DNA of 64,000 nt, from positions 87,418-151,417 of the IMG/VR virus record IMGVR_UViG_2706796476_000001. The stretch is one strand, 5' to 3'. Below the pieces are notes generated by a model. It did no database searches, was not told the DNA's origin, and saw only the letters and a program-made list of their open reading frames with translations. Position 1 is the stretch's first letter; every line of letters starts with the position of its first letter. Below are positions 26,585-37,394 of the stretch, in pieces. The position numbers and the translations under genes are program-made. The DNA comes from a virus. Lineage: Duplodnaviria > Caudoviricetes.

Positions 26585-26857
26585 ATGTTAAGTCGCAGGC
26601 AACTTGTAATTAAGATAGCGCTTGTAGTTGTTGCAGAAGCAGTCGCAATGGCGGTTACATTCGGATTTTCTCATTATGTTTACCCAATTAAATACGCAAT
26701 GCCGATTCACATCTTATTCGGTGCTGCACTTGCTGTTGTTATTGTAGGGGCTTACAATAGACGCCTCAAGAAACACAAGCAGCGAGTAGAGGAAGAAATT
26801 AAAGAATTGACTAGGGTAGTACTAAAGCAGCTTCCCGACGATATAGACGATAAGTAG
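26585..26857 (+). CDS. Membrane protein (2 TM)
   Basis: RBS GGAGGTG; two hydrophobic helices. Confidence 0.75.
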   Translation: MLSRRQLVIKIALVVVAEAVAMAVTFGFSHYVYPIKYAMPIHILFGAALAVVIVGAYNRRLKKHKQRVEEEIKELTRVVLKQLPDDIDDK

Positions 26858-26859
26858 AG

Positions 26860-27375
26860 GTGAGACAAATGCTTAACCCGAAACAGATTGGAAAGTTGTT
26901 TGCAGACGTAGAAGAACTTGTCTACGATGAAATGTTACATACAGTGATCCCGAAGGCTTTGTTCTTTGTTCCCGGAAAATACATACAGGGTGAGTACAAA
27001 GCAAACGAGGCTTATCTAAACGAACTCATTGACGATATTTTGTTGGTTGTTGAAACCTACGGGCAGGAGATGGTTCTACATTATTTTGAAATGAAGGACG
27101 AGGGGAAAGACGAAGAACAGATCGTCGAGGAACTTGAAGATGAGTATGTCGACAAAATGTACTCCCAGTTTGGGAGATTGGGTATTGTTGCGACAGAAGA
27201 AGCTAGCAAGGTATTTGTCTACCGTCTCATGGTGGAAATGCCGTACATCTATCTAGAACACACCCAAGGGTCAGATTTTGACCAAGAGTACGAAGACTGT
27301 ATGACCCACTACGAGCTGCTAGATGCCTACGTCCACAACTTCATCTATGAAGATGGAGAGGATGACTTTGAGTAG
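26860..27375 (+). CDS. Acidic hypothetical protein
   Basis: ORF in the terminase operon. Confidence 0.75.
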   Translation: MRQMLNPKQIGKLFADVEELVYDEMLHTVIPKALFFVPGKYIQGEYKANEAYLNELIDDILLVVETYGQEMVLHYFEMKDEGKDEEQIVEELEDEYVDKMYSQFGRLGIVATEEASKVFVYRLMVEMPYIYLEHTQGSDFDQEYEDCMTHYELLDAYVHNFIYEDGEDDFE

Positions 27376-27640
27376 AAGAGAAATTGTCGAAAAAAGAAGA
27401 AGTGTGTTTAGTAGTGCCGAAAAATACAACACCTTCAAAGTAGGTGACAGGAGAGTACACTCCCCTAGACTATGTGTAGTATGTGCGAGACCTCTGACTT
27501 CGCTTGTATTAGCTGAGCAGAGGTACGTCACTTCAGTTTCACACGTACACGCTCATTTTGCGGGGGGCATAACCGTTGACATTTGTTCAAATATAAACTC
27601 ATGCGCTAACAGAATCGAAAAACTACGAGAGGAGAGCTGA
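27362..27640 (+). CDS. Small Cys-containing conserved protein
   Basis: Start revised to ATG 27362 (MTLSRREI); CVVC and C....SC motifs. Confidence 0.7.
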   Translation: MTLSRREIVEKRRSVFSSAEKYNTFKVGDRRVHSPRLCVVCARPLTSLVLAEQRYVTSVSHVHAHFAGGITVDICSNINSCANRIEKLREES

Positions 27641-27645
27641 TAAAC

Positions 27646-28062
27646 ATGTCAATGTCAGAAAATATAAAAAAACGACTAGCACAGAAAAAAGATGGGACTC
27701 ATGAGAGCCAAGTACGAGACTTGTTAAACGTCGCCCTACTAAGCGGGTTAGAGCAGTTCGTACATCGTCTACATTCCGGCGAGATTCCAATTGATAACAT
27801 GGCAGACCTACAGAGGGTATTGCTGATGTATAAAGAAGTAAACGGAATAAACGACGCAATGGAAGGCGCAGGCGGTCAAGGAGCCTTACCTGAGATTAAC
27901 ATGAAGCAAGACAAGGTAATTAAAGACATCGCAGCAGAAGGAACTATATCTATCGACGAAGAAGGAACCCTAGACGTGAGTGATCTCTCTGTAGAGGAGA
28001 CAGCGGAGCTTATTAGACAAATGGATATCGCTCAGAATGCAGAAAACGAGGGGTCATTCTAA
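27646..28062 (+). CDS. Putative terminase small subunit
   Basis: Stop overlaps the terL start (TAATG); Herelleviridae synteny. Confidence 0.7.
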   Translation: MSMSENIKKRLAQKKDGTHESQVRDLLNVALLSGLEQFVHRLHSGEIPIDNMADLQRVLLMYKEVNGINDAMEGAGGQGALPEINMKQDKVIKDIAAEGTISIDEEGTLDVSDLSVEETAELIRQMDIAQNAENEGSF

Positions 28063-29861
28063 TGAGTATTGTAAACCCGATTGACGGAAAAATGATTCAG
28101 AATATTGCGAAACAAACATTCGGAACAACTAAAATAACCCAAGATCAGCTAGCCTACATCATAACTATGCTTAATCCGTCATCGTATCTTTTGAAGCACC
28201 ACAAAGTAAAGAACCACCCTATCACTTTCCACGTAAGCGGTCACGACTCAACACGAGCGCAGGCGCATCGTCCGTGGCAGGTGCAGATGGTAAATGATAT
28301 GCATAAGGACAAAGCAGTTATAAAGTCCCGCCAGTTAGGACTATCTGAGTTAGGTATAGGTGAAATGATTCACTTTGCGGATTTACATAGCTATGCAGGC
28401 GTTAAATGTCTTTACACATTCCCTACAAACCGGCAAATGAAAGACTTCGTTGCAACACGTCTTAACCCCTTGCTAGAGACAGGGTACTATGGAACAATAA
28501 CAGACAAGCACACAGACTCACTTGAGAAGAAGAAGATAAGAAACAGTTTCCTTATGTTCCGTTCTTCTTCCAAAGGAGGAGCCGTAGAGGGTGTCGACAT
28601 CGACTATTTGTCTCTTGATGAGTACGACCGTGTAACAGCTTCTGCCGAGATTTCAGCAATGGAGTCAATGACTTCTTCTGTGTTCAAATATTTACGAAGA
28701 TGGTCAACTCCTACAGTACCTGACTATGGTATCCATGCACTATTCACCCAGTCAGATCAGCTAGCCTATGTACATAAATGTGATAGTTGCGGTCACTATA
28801 ACCACATGGACTATGAGAAAAATATCGAGTGCCTAGATGAAAACGGAGTGGACGTTCTAGCTAAAACCGTTAAGGACGGTTCCTTTAGATTTATTTGTTC
28901 GAAGTGCGGCACCTCGCTAGACCGATGGTACAACGGGTCATGGGTTGCAGCATACCCTTCCCGTACAGCAGATGGATACGGTACAAGAGGATACTTAATC
29001 ACTCAAATGAATGCAGTTTGGATTAGTGCTGACGAGCTTAAGCGAAAAGAACTTAAAGCAAAGTCAAAACAGCATTTTTATAACTATGTTCTCGGACACC
29101 CTTACCAAGACGTTGCCCTAGCAGTTCAGGAGAACGACATTATGGACAACATTAGACCTTATCTCGATGGTCCTAAGTTTGATAGAGGTCGGTACCGATT
29201 TATTTCTGTAGGAATAGACTGGGGTAACCACCACTGGATCACCGTTAGAGGTTTCCGAGATGATACAAAACAGATAGACCTAATTAGAGCCTTTTCCGTA
29301 GAGAGGTCAAGAGGGGTAGCAAACATCGAGGCTGACTTAGAAAACATTATTAACCAGCTTGTACCTTATAATCCTGACATTATTTGTGCGGACATCGGAG
29401 ATAACGGAAACTACGTTGATAAACTTACAGATTTCTTTGGGGCTGGCAAGGTATACGGAGTTAAGGTTAACCCTAACCCAAGATCGACCGGGCAAATTAA
29501 ACCTGTATGGCAAGATAACAGGGGAATGGTTACTGTAGACAAACTAACGCAGAATAAACTACATATTGCGGATATGAAGATGGGCAGACTAGGATTCTAC
29601 CGAAGAGATCGTGACCTTGATCTATACGCTCTTCACTGGCGGAACGTTGTTATTCGAGATGAGGAAGACGAGAAAACAGGACAAGTATATCAGATTATCA
29701 CGAACAGAGGTGACGATCACTACGCTCAGTCTTCTGTGTATTCAATGGTCGGTATGGAACATGTCCTTGAACCATACATTGTAAACACGGAAGAAAATGC
29801 TTTCGGATACACCACAGTTATGTCCCCGCAAACAACAGATATTTATTCAAGAGGTTATTAG
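28062..29861 (+). CDS. terL: Terminase large subunit
   Basis: KSRQLGLSE Walker A, LSLDEYD Walker B, STPT coupling motif, GIDWG and DDHYAQ nuclease motifs; uninterrupted. Confidence 0.97.
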   Translation: MSIVNPIDGKMIQNIAKQTFGTTKITQDQLAYIITMLNPSSYLLKHHKVKNHPITFHVSGHDSTRAQAHRPWQVQMVNDMHKDKAVIKSRQLGLSELGIGEMIHFADLHSYAGVKCLYTFPTNRQMKDFVATRLNPLLETGYYGTITDKHTDSLEKKKIRNSFLMFRSSSKGGAVEGVDIDYLSLDEYDRVTASAEISAMESMTSSVFKYLRRWSTPTVPDYGIHALFTQSDQLAYVHKCDSCGHYNHMDYEKNIECLDENGVDVLAKTVKDGSFRFICSKCGTSLDRWYNGSWVAAYPSRTADGYGTRGYLITQMNAVWISADELKRKELKAKSKQHFYNYVLGHPYQDVALAVQENDIMDNIRPYLDGPKFDRGRYRFISVGIDWGNHHWITVRGFRDDTKQIDLIRAFSVERSRGVANIEADLENIINQLVPYNPDIICADIGDNGNYVDKLTDFFGAGKVYGVKVNPNPRSTGQIKPVWQDNRGMVTVDKLTQNKLHIADMKMGRLGFYRRDRDLDLYALHWRNVVIRDEEDEKTGQVYQIITNRGDDHYAQSSVYSMVGMEHVLEPYIVNTEENAFGYTTVMSPQTTDIYSRGY

Positions 29862-29926
29862 AGAGGCGCTTTGCCTCTCTATTTTTGTATGTATTATGTT
29901 ACAATAAAGTTAGAGGAGGGTTACAG

Positions 29927-30787
29927 ATGAGTAAAAAGAAATACCATCTATCACCACAGAGCGTTCAAGAACTTACAGAGAGGCTGATGAAGGCAGCCCA
30001 CGAGCCGGACACAGTTAATGAAAACATTACTGAAGATTTCATGAATAGAGTTGTAAAAATAACTAGCATATACGAAGCTATAGAACGAGAAGAACAATTA
30101 AACAAAACATACCAAGGCTTACTCAGCCTCCACGGGTTTGAGAGTATTTATGATATGTACCTGTATGCAATGTCTTGTTCGCAGCTAGAATCAATGGTTA
30201 AAAGAAAAGACTATAGTAAGCTGGTCCCTGTGAAGCGCAAGGTAATGAGAAACGGTAAGGAAACGGAAGTTACAGTGTACGAAGACCCTAATAAAGATAA
30301 CAAAGAAGACACAGATAGTTCTGACAGCGGCAGTCAAGGCTCTCGAGGAGGACATGCCCGTGATCATAGCAAAAAAGTTCACGGAAAGGATAAAAAAGTT
30401 GATCCTCAGAAGGTTGCCAAACTTAAACAAATTAGTTTGGACATGCCTAATGGTAAAAATTTTAGAGACCAGTCAGACTACTTTCTCGAGGTAACAGATG
30501 AACAAGGAAATACAGTAGGGATTGTAGGGTACTCCTCAAAAGGTAACTATTTAGTTATGGATTTTTACGTCTCTGACGGTGAGGTGTCGGGCGTAGCAGC
30601 TGTCGGATTCTCTATTCTCATTCGTTTAGCAATTAGTGAGAAGAAGGGTGTTAAGGCAGAGAACAACCCGGAAGCAGCTGCATTCTACGCTAGATGCGGA
30701 CTGCAACAAAAGGGAGAATACTGGGAGGCAACTGCCCAAGAATTAAAAAATTTCTATGGAGATACAGATTTTCATGTGGATTTCTAG
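29927..30787 (+). CDS. Conserved (probable virion) protein after terL
   Basis: Start revised to ATG 29927 after AGAGGAGG; KDYSKLVPVKRKV.RNGK motif. Confidence 0.75.
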   Translation: MSKKKYHLSPQSVQELTERLMKAAHEPDTVNENITEDFMNRVVKITSIYEAIEREEQLNKTYQGLLSLHGFESIYDMYLYAMSCSQLESMVKRKDYSKLVPVKRKVMRNGKETEVTVYEDPNKDNKEDTDSSDSGSQGSRGGHARDHSKKVHGKDKKVDPQKVAKLKQISLDMPNGKNFRDQSDYFLEVTDEQGNTVGIVGYSSKGNYLVMDFYVSDGEVSGVAAVGFSILIRLAISEKKGVKAENNPEAAAFYARCGLQQKGEYWEATAQELKNFYGDTDFHVDF

Positions 30788-31445
30788 ATTGTATGTTATA
30801 ATGATAGTAGTGACTACTTACACTGTAGTTGTTTTAGGCGGAATATACGCCGCTGCCCGTAAAGCAAAGCGTGCTTCGGCAGTCTACAAAGCGGTAATAA
30901 TGCAGATGCTTAGTGAAATTAGAGAATATATCAAGGAGGAAGATAGAATGAACCCACTAGTACAAGAGAAAGAAGAGTTAACTTTAGCAACCCTAATCCA
31001 TAAGAAAGCAGTAGATTCAGAATACGCAGAGGTTGTAGACCTGCTAGCGCACCTAGCAAAATCAACATTCCAAAACTACAATTTCCTTATTCAGAAATCT
31101 ACGGATGAGACTAAAGACCCTCATTTTATGCAGCTGAGAAGTGCTTTCCACGAGTCTCCTCATGTACATAAGCAAATCTTCGAGAAATCAATTGACTACG
31201 GAATTGACTACGATGTCCTTGTACAAAAATTTAACGACAAGTTAAAAGCTGGTGAAATCATTACCTGTGGAGATGATGTCGTTATTATTACTGAGGATGG
31301 AACTGGTCTTCCGGCATCCGGCGTATCTCAAATTAACAGCGGAATTGAAGGCGGAGAAATTGGATTCAACGTTTCGTTCGTTTCTGCAAAGAACTACGAT
31401 GCGTGGGCTGCCAACAACCTGAAGCAGGAAGAAGACAATGAATAA
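30756..31445 (+). CDS. Hypothetical protein; possible N-terminal TM, strong internal RBS and ATG at 30948
   Basis: ORF; AAGGAGGAAGATAGA-ATG lies inside it. Confidence 0.7.
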   Translation: MEIQIFMWISRLYVIMIVVTTYTVVVLGGIYAAARKAKRASAVYKAVIMQMLSEIREYIKEEDRMNPLVQEKEELTLATLIHKKAVDSEYAEVVDLLAHLAKSTFQNYNFLIQKSTDETKDPHFMQLRSAFHESPHVHKQIFEKSIDYGIDYDVLVQKFNDKLKAGEIITCGDDVVIITEDGTGLPASGVSQINSGIEGGEIGFNVSFVSAKNYDAWAANNLKQEEDNE

Positions 31446-31773
31446 CGGGAAGATTCCTCTAACACGGAGTTTTAGGAAAACGATTGAGAAGTTCAAAAAC
31501 CATAACTCTGTAGGGTTGATTGATACAGAGCATGTTATATTCATTCCTGCTAGTCAACTACATACAGACTCTGAAGAGAGTGCCGACTCTCCTTCTTTTA
31601 TGATGATGCTCGGGACAATAAACCGAAAGAAAGAATGGAATTGCCCAGTAGAAATCGGAAAAACGAAGATCGGCAATGTTGAAGGTTTAGAGATCGTTAT
31701 AAAGTTTAACAAAAATACCGATTATCAAAAAATCGGAGAATACCTCGATGTCTTCATTAGTGAGAACAGCTGA
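31438..31773 (+). CDS. Hypothetical protein
   Basis: Overlapping start with the upstream gene. Confidence 0.7.
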   Translation: MNNGKIPLTRSFRKTIEKFKNHNSVGLIDTEHVIFIPASQLHTDSEESADSPSFMMMLGTINRKKEWNCPVEIGKTKIGNVEGLEIVIKFNKNTDYQKIGEYLDVFISENS

Positions 31774-31837
31774 GGAGGGGTCTTGATCCTTCCTCTATAT
31801 TAAAAGTGTACGAAAAATAATTAATGGAGGTATTAAC

Positions 31838-32776
31838 ATGGTAAAAATCAAAAAAGACCTTGTACCATCAAACTTCGCAGCGCAAGTTACATACAAAGAT
31901 GGCGTTAACTCTTGTAAGTATATCGTAGTCCATGAAACGGCTAACACAAAAGCTGGAGCGGATGCTCAAGCTCACGCTAACTTACAAAAGAACGGTAACT
32001 CTCGAGAAGCTTCATGGCATTATCAGGTTGATAAGAACGGCGTCATTCAGTCATTCGATGACCGTAAACAATGCTGGCACGCAGGCTCTAAGTTCTACAA
32101 TCAGAATGCGATCGGAATTGAACTTTGTGTAGACAGCGGAGGAGACTTCAAAAAGACTGTTGAAAATGCCGCAGAGCTTATTAAGTCTCTGATGAAGAAG
32201 TACGGTATCCCTGTTAAGAACGTGCTTACCCACAAGGAAACTAGTGGATGGAAAGACTGTCCTCATTTCTTGCGTAGTGGCAGTAAAGGTGTAACTTGGG
32301 CACAGCTTGTAAGTATGATTAGCTCAACTTCTTCATCTAGCGGTAAAGCTCCATCTAAGCCAGTTAAGGCACCTAGTACACCAGCTAAGGCTCCAAGTGG
32401 CTCCGGTTCAATTAACTTTAGCACTAACAGCATTGTCGATTTCTTAACATCTGCTAAGCTTGACTCTAGCTTCGCAAACCGTAAGAAACTTGCTGACAAG
32501 TATGGTATCTCTAACTACTCAGGTACAGCAGCACAAAATGAGAGTTTACTAGCGAAGTTGAAGAAGGATTTCAAAGCTACTTCCAAGCCTGTATCTACTA
32601 AGCCTGCTGCAAAAGGCGATCAAAAAACGAATAGCATTGTTGACTACTTAAACTCTATCAAAGTAGACTCTAGTTTTGCTAACCGTAAGAAGTTAGCCGC
32701 TAAGCACGGCATCTCCAACTACTCAGGTACAGCAGCTCAAAATAGTGCATTACTGAAAAAGGTTAGAGGAAAATAA
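31838..32776 (+). CDS. Endolysin, N-acetylmuramoyl-L-alanine amidase (Amidase_2) with two DUF3597-like repeats
   Basis: IVVHETAN, SWHYQVD, CWHAG, IGIELC, HK...KDCP motifs; two NSIVD.L...DSSFANRKKLA...GISNYSGTAAQN repeats. Confidence 0.95.
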   Translation: MVKIKKDLVPSNFAAQVTYKDGVNSCKYIVVHETANTKAGADAQAHANLQKNGNSREASWHYQVDKNGVIQSFDDRKQCWHAGSKFYNQNAIGIELCVDSGGDFKKTVENAAELIKSLMKKYGIPVKNVLTHKETSGWKDCPHFLRSGSKGVTWAQLVSMISSTSSSSGKAPSKPVKAPSTPAKAPSGSGSINFSTNSIVDFLTSAKLDSSFANRKKLADKYGISNYSGTAAQNESLLAKLKKDFKATSKPVSTKPAAKGDQKTNSIVDYLNSIKVDSSFANRKKLAAKHGISNYSGTAAQNSALLKKVRGK

Positions 32777-32832
32777 ATATTAGACACGCTTAGGCGTGTC
32801 TTTTTTATAACCTAGAAAGATGGTGTTGGATA

Positions 32833-32982
32833 GTGAATATCAACGATATTAGAAGGCAGTCTGCTTCTGATTACAGAGAACAACTGCTCAAAAGAAAAGC
32901 TCAGCAAGAGAAATGGAGCTCCTTCAGAAAGGGTCAAGTTGAGACGATTAAAAAAGACATCTTCAGCAAAATAAATAAATAA
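32833..32982 (+). CDS. Small basic hypothetical protein (49 aa, below the ORF-track cutoff)
   Basis: GTG start; MNINDIRRQSASDYREQLLKRKAQQEKW... Confidence 0.5.
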   Translation: MNINDIRRQSASDYREQLLKRKAQQEKWSSFRKGQVETIKKDIFSKINK

Positions 32983-33104
32983 AACTTTATGTTGACAGGC
33001 TATATCATACAGTGTAAGATGAAACTATCAAATACAAGATGAAGGGAGTAATACAAGGCTTCATAGTAGGATTACAACCTATATCTTGAGGAGGAGCTAC
33101 ATAC

Positions 33105-33824
33105 ATGACGAATAAAGTTCCGTTAGACCTAAGCAAACTGAGTGAGAAGGAGTTTCCTTTTATTAAGAAGCTCGACAGACAGCAAGAGGATATGGTTACA
33201 AAACTTTTTAGATCAAAACGTGTAGTAGTAGACGCAGTCGCAGGATCAGGTAAGACAACTGTCCTTACTCAAGCATTCAAAGCATTACTGGACAAGGATC
33301 ACATTAGTGCTATCTACTATGTGGTGTTTCCAGTCCAAGAAAAATCCCTAGGGTATCTACCGGGCGGCATCTCAGAAAAACTTCAAGAGTACGCAGTTCC
33401 TTTCTTTCAAGCTTTGATTGAAGCAGGTGTAAACCCTAGCGAGTTTGATTTAGAGGATGTGTTCAACGTCCTAACCTACGGTCAGTTCAAAGTAGTGCCT
33501 CACACGTTTCTGAGAGGTCGTAACTTAGATGGGGTAGGTATTCTAATCGACGAGTCTCAAAACGGCACAGTCGATGAAATACGCAAGATTTTAACCCGTG
33601 TAACAGACAGTTGTTATGTAGCGTTAGCTGGACATAGCGGTCAGATTGATATTAAGAAAGATAGCTCAGGTTTTTCCCGATATAACCACCACTTTAAGTC
33701 GGGAGTCAAATCAGGAGAATTTCCGGATATTGAGTTTGCAGACCTGAGTGTAAACTATCGTGGTAAATTTAGTTCGTATTCCGACAAAATCGGACAGTTA
33801 AAAACTGAGGAGGAAGAAAAATAA
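33105..33824 (+). CDS. phoH: PhoH-family protein
   Basis: AVAGSGKT, LGYLPG, FLRGRNL, IDESQN, ILTRV motifs. Confidence 0.93.
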   Translation: MTNKVPLDLSKLSEKEFPFIKKLDRQQEDMVTKLFRSKRVVVDAVAGSGKTTVLTQAFKALLDKDHISAIYYVVFPVQEKSLGYLPGGISEKLQEYAVPFFQALIEAGVNPSEFDLEDVFNVLTYGQFKVVPHTFLRGRNLDGVGILIDESQNGTVDEIRKILTRVTDSCYVALAGHSGQIDIKKDSSGFSRYNHHFKSGVKSGEFPDIEFADLSVNYRGKFSSYSDKIGQLKTEEEEK

Positions 33825-34831
33825 TGGCAGACAAGGATTTTAAAGCATTACTTAATGAACTGGTGGACTTTGACGGTATCGTTAAGAGAATCGTAAACGA
33901 ACTTAAAGAGAGCTTAGAAGAAGAGGTACTTCGATCTGACGAAGGAGATAAAATCGCTGAAAAACTTGATCATGTCTTCGATGACAAAGAGCATATCAAC
34001 GAGTTTATCGACAGCACAGTAGAAGAAGCGCAGTACCTCGCACAACAGAAAGAAGGAGCTCGAAAGGATGCAGAAAAATTCGCTGCAATGCTAAAAGATC
34101 AGGCAAAACAAGCGACAGCTGCATTGAATGCAGAGGAGGACACGGAAGTTAAAAAAGCTATAGGACCTTTTGATCAGGTAGAGGAAGTAAAGCCAACTAA
34201 CTTGGTTTCTGCTATAGACTTATTCTTTAGTTTAACGAACTCTGAAGAGAGCGCACAAAAATTTTCAGAAGAGGTACAAGGAATACTTATCCGACACTCG
34301 TCAGGGCAATTTGGATTCAGTACAGAGACAGGCGTGGATTACGGAAAATTTAGTCTGCGTAACAACCGTATTCTGCTAGAGGCAGGGTCTAAACGAGTTG
34401 AATATGACTTACAGAAAGAGGATATAACTAATGAAGAACTGTTAAAGAAACTGTTTCCTCCTAGTGAAGAGTACGAGTCCGCAGGTCCTGATATGTGTTC
34501 CTGCGGAAACGAATATGGTGACGAGGTAGAATGTATTGACCACGAATACGATGAAGAACTTCCGTACGAACTAGAGTTCATTATTGAGGAAATTGAAGAG
34601 GCTGAAGAAGAATTTTACGACAGCGTTGAGGTCATCCTGCAAGGTATTACTCGACATTACTCTAAGGACATGCCGACTGTTAAGTCTATGACTGATGACG
34701 ATGAAGCTGCAATGAGATTTTTCTTAGCTCACTCTAGTACTTTGTATTCTCCGGCAGCTCTTACCGCCCTTAGCACAGACGAGTTGCTGCACGAGTTTAC
34801 ATCTAAGTTTAATTTTGCTGTACATTCTTGA
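33824..34831 (+). CDS. Acidic hypothetical protein
   Basis: Translationally coupled to phoH. Confidence 0.8.
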   Translation: MADKDFKALLNELVDFDGIVKRIVNELKESLEEEVLRSDEGDKIAEKLDHVFDDKEHINEFIDSTVEEAQYLAQQKEGARKDAEKFAAMLKDQAKQATAALNAEEDTEVKKAIGPFDQVEEVKPTNLVSAIDLFFSLTNSEESAQKFSEEVQGILIRHSSGQFGFSTETGVDYGKFSLRNNRILLEAGSKRVEYDLQKEDITNEELLKKLFPPSEEYESAGPDMCSCGNEYGDEVECIDHEYDEELPYELEFIIEEIEEAEEEFYDSVEVILQGITRHYSKDMPTVKSMTDDDEAAMRFFLAHSSTLYSPAALTALSTDELLHEFTSKFNFAVHS

Positions 34832-34926
34832 TAAAAAAAAATTACTAGAAAAGGTAGTCTAACCATTGACTACCTTTTTTCTATATGTTACACTCTGTTT
34901 ATAGACTAATAGGGAGATGAAGTTGA

Positions 34927-36405
34927 ATGAATCAAATGCAGTTAGAAACTTTAGAGACAAATGAAAGAGACTACAAGGAAGTATTGCAAGACATTGAGAA
35001 CGGGGTACTAAAACCTGATCTGACTATAGGAAATATTCGTTATTTCATTATTGAAAAGACCCCGTACTCGTTCCATTTGTACGCAGCAGATCAGTTACCT
35101 ACAAAAGTAAACTTATATGAAATGTTATACGACCTCCGGCATAGAAAATATTTTCTACATAAGAACGGAAGAGAAGTCAAGTTCTCTGTCTATAACTTAA
35201 ATAACATCATCCCTCGTCCTAGTTGGTATGATGTAAGCCCTGACCCGATGAGGCAGACTGGGGCGGTTGACAGCTTCCTCGAAGCAGTGTCAGTCGATGA
35301 AAATAAGGGAATGTACAAAAAAATGCTGGACATGATGGGGGCTCAAGGAGAAGAGAAGATTGATATGCCATCAAGAGCATTAATTAGACTTATCGAGGAA
35401 TACTACAAGTTAGAGATACTCTACAAGTCAGGGGTACCTTTTCGATGCCTACCTGAGCATTTGCTATTATACGAAGCTGCTAACAGTGAAGAGACAAAGC
35501 CTCATAAAATATTGGGAATATCCAAGCAAATCTTAAAGTTGGTAAAAGATATATCCGATATTAGAGGCGGAGGGGTACACGAGTATATAGCGCCCGACCG
35601 GAAGATGTTAAAACTCTTAAAATTGTTAACACAACAACAACTAGATACCTATAGATCGTATATCAATTTTATAGTAGAACTTGAAGAGGAGTACGATACA
35701 GGGTCAAACCCTTTAGACGAGTTCCTTTCAAACAACACGTTAAACCAGTTTAACAGAGTAGTTAACAATGACCAAGTAGGAGAGAGTGTTGGTAACTGGG
35801 GTATGAGTCATGACGTTGTATGGTTTATACATAAGTATGACGTTAAAGATGCTAAGAGGTTTATAAAATATATCTATTTTGATTGCCTAACTCAACAAGG
35901 AATGAACAGTAGAACTGCTATAGACTATTATAGAGATTATTATAGAATGAATGTTCTTATGGAGAACCCTAATTTTGAAAAATACCCAAGGTATCTTAAA
36001 ACTTTTCACGACATTACGTCTCGAAACTTTAAATTTGTAGAAGACGCTGTAGCGAAGAGACAGTTTGAGAAAAGAGTACACGAGATGAAAGTGTATGAAT
36101 GGGAAGATAACAACTATAGAATCGTTGCCCCTGAAAGTACTCGTGATATCGTCGAAGAAGGGCAGAAGCTACATCATTGTGTTGCATCCTACGCTAAGTC
36201 GGTATGCGAAGGGAGAACGCAAATTGTATTCCTGAGAGCTAATGAAGCTCCTGAAATTCCTTTGGTTACGGTTGAAATAAAGAACGGCGTTATCAGACAA
36301 GCTTACGGATTATCTAATAGAGTTGTAGATAACAAGGAGCATACGGCGCTTAAAAAGTTCGCAAAGAAATGTCACTTAACATGCAAATATTCAACACGTA
36401 GATAA
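34927..36405 (+). CDS. PcfJ-like domain protein
   Basis: C-terminal Y.DY..M...YP..LK..HD and EG.KLHHCVASY...IVFLR...PLVTVEI...QAYG.SN. Confidence 0.75.
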   Translation: MNQMQLETLETNERDYKEVLQDIENGVLKPDLTIGNIRYFIIEKTPYSFHLYAADQLPTKVNLYEMLYDLRHRKYFLHKNGREVKFSVYNLNNIIPRPSWYDVSPDPMRQTGAVDSFLEAVSVDENKGMYKKMLDMMGAQGEEKIDMPSRALIRLIEEYYKLEILYKSGVPFRCLPEHLLLYEAANSEETKPHKILGISKQILKLVKDISDIRGGGVHEYIAPDRKMLKLLKLLTQQQLDTYRSYINFIVELEEEYDTGSNPLDEFLSNNTLNQFNRVVNNDQVGESVGNWGMSHDVVWFIHKYDVKDAKRFIKYIYFDCLTQQGMNSRTAIDYYRDYYRMNVLMENPNFEKYPRYLKTFHDITSRNFKFVEDAVAKRQFEKRVHEMKVYEWEDNNYRIVAPESTRDIVEEGQKLHHCVASYAKSVCEGRTQIVFLRANEAPEIPLVTVEIKNGVIRQAYGLSNRVVDNKEHTALKKFAKKCHLTCKYSTRR

Positions 36406-36490
36406 CACCTTTAGGGCGGTCAAACTAAGACCGTCCTCGTTTTATATGTTATAGTTAAGATATAGACAAAAATGTAAAGGAGTAATTAAG

Positions 36491-37042
36491 ATGAAATTAT
36501 TTTTCGATTGTGAACTGACCGGACTTCACCAAAAAACAACCCTAATTAGTATCGGTATCGTCAGCAGCTCCTCGAAGGAGTTCTATGCGGAGTTTACTGA
36601 CTACGACAGAGAATATGCGGAGGCTGATGACTGGCTCCAAGAAAACGTAATTGATCGTTTAAAGTTTAATTCTGTTGATCCGTTCTGCACTACAGTAGGT
36701 GCTGTAACTAATTGTAAAGGAGATACAGAGTTTGTAACTAAACATTTACAAAAGTGGCTTAGCCAATTCAAGACCGTCGAACTTTGGTCAGACTGCCATC
36801 ATTATGACGTTACCCTCTTTTTCGAATTATTCGGAGGTGCCTTCACCGTACCCGATAATGTTTACTACATACCATTTGATATCTGCACGTTGTTCAAGGC
36901 TTTCGGAATCGACCCGGATATTAGCCGTGAAGCATTTATCGACCACCCAATTCCCGGAAGCAAGCACAATGCGATATATGATGCAAAAGTGATTAGAGCG
37001 TGCTACGACAAGTTAGAGAGGAACTACTTATCTAGGTTATGA
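36491..37042 (+). CDS. 3'-5' exoribonuclease (DEDDh)
   Basis: FFDCELTGL...LISIGIV and HNAIYDA motifs. Confidence 0.85.
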   Translation: MKLFFDCELTGLHQKTTLISIGIVSSSSKEFYAEFTDYDREYAEADDWLQENVIDRLKFNSVDPFCTTVGAVTNCKGDTEFVTKHLQKWLSQFKTVELWSDCHHYDVTLFFELFGGAFTVPDNVYYIPFDICTLFKAFGIDPDISREAFIDHPIPGSKHNAIYDAKVIRACYDKLERNYLSRL

Positions 37043-37146
37043 GCCTATTTATGAAAATATACCTAGAATTTGTTGACGTTATAACAAGACTGTAATATAC
37101 TAAGACCATAGAGAAAGATACAGACCGCTACAGGGAGGTGAATAAG

Positions 37147-37380
37147 GTGGCATCAAATGCTAAGTCACAGGTAAACCTTACATATCTCGAATGCGAAGGC
37201 TGTAGCAATATTGTTACGATACCTCGCAAGAAGAACAAGGCTAGAAGCAAATATCATACAAAACATATGTACTGCTATAAGTGCAAGAAAAAGGTAGCAC
37301 ACATCGAAACAAAAGAAGACTGCTTCTTACCACAGTGGATAAAAGATCGAGATATTGCAGACGAAGAAAGTAATGATTAG
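37147..37380 (+). CDS. Zinc-ribbon protein
   Basis: CEGC...H.KHMYCYKC; GTG after GGGAGGTG. Confidence 0.75.
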   Translation: MASNAKSQVNLTYLECEGCSNIVTIPRKKNKARSKYHTKHMYCYKCKKKVAHIETKEDCFLPQWIKDRDIADEESND

Positions 37381-37394
37381 GAGGATGAAATTTT

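Noticed and set aside
28062-29861. Group I intron or intein in terL (also checked thyA and the endolysin)
   Set aside because: All three are continuous ORFs of normal length with no homing-endonuclease or intein motifs.
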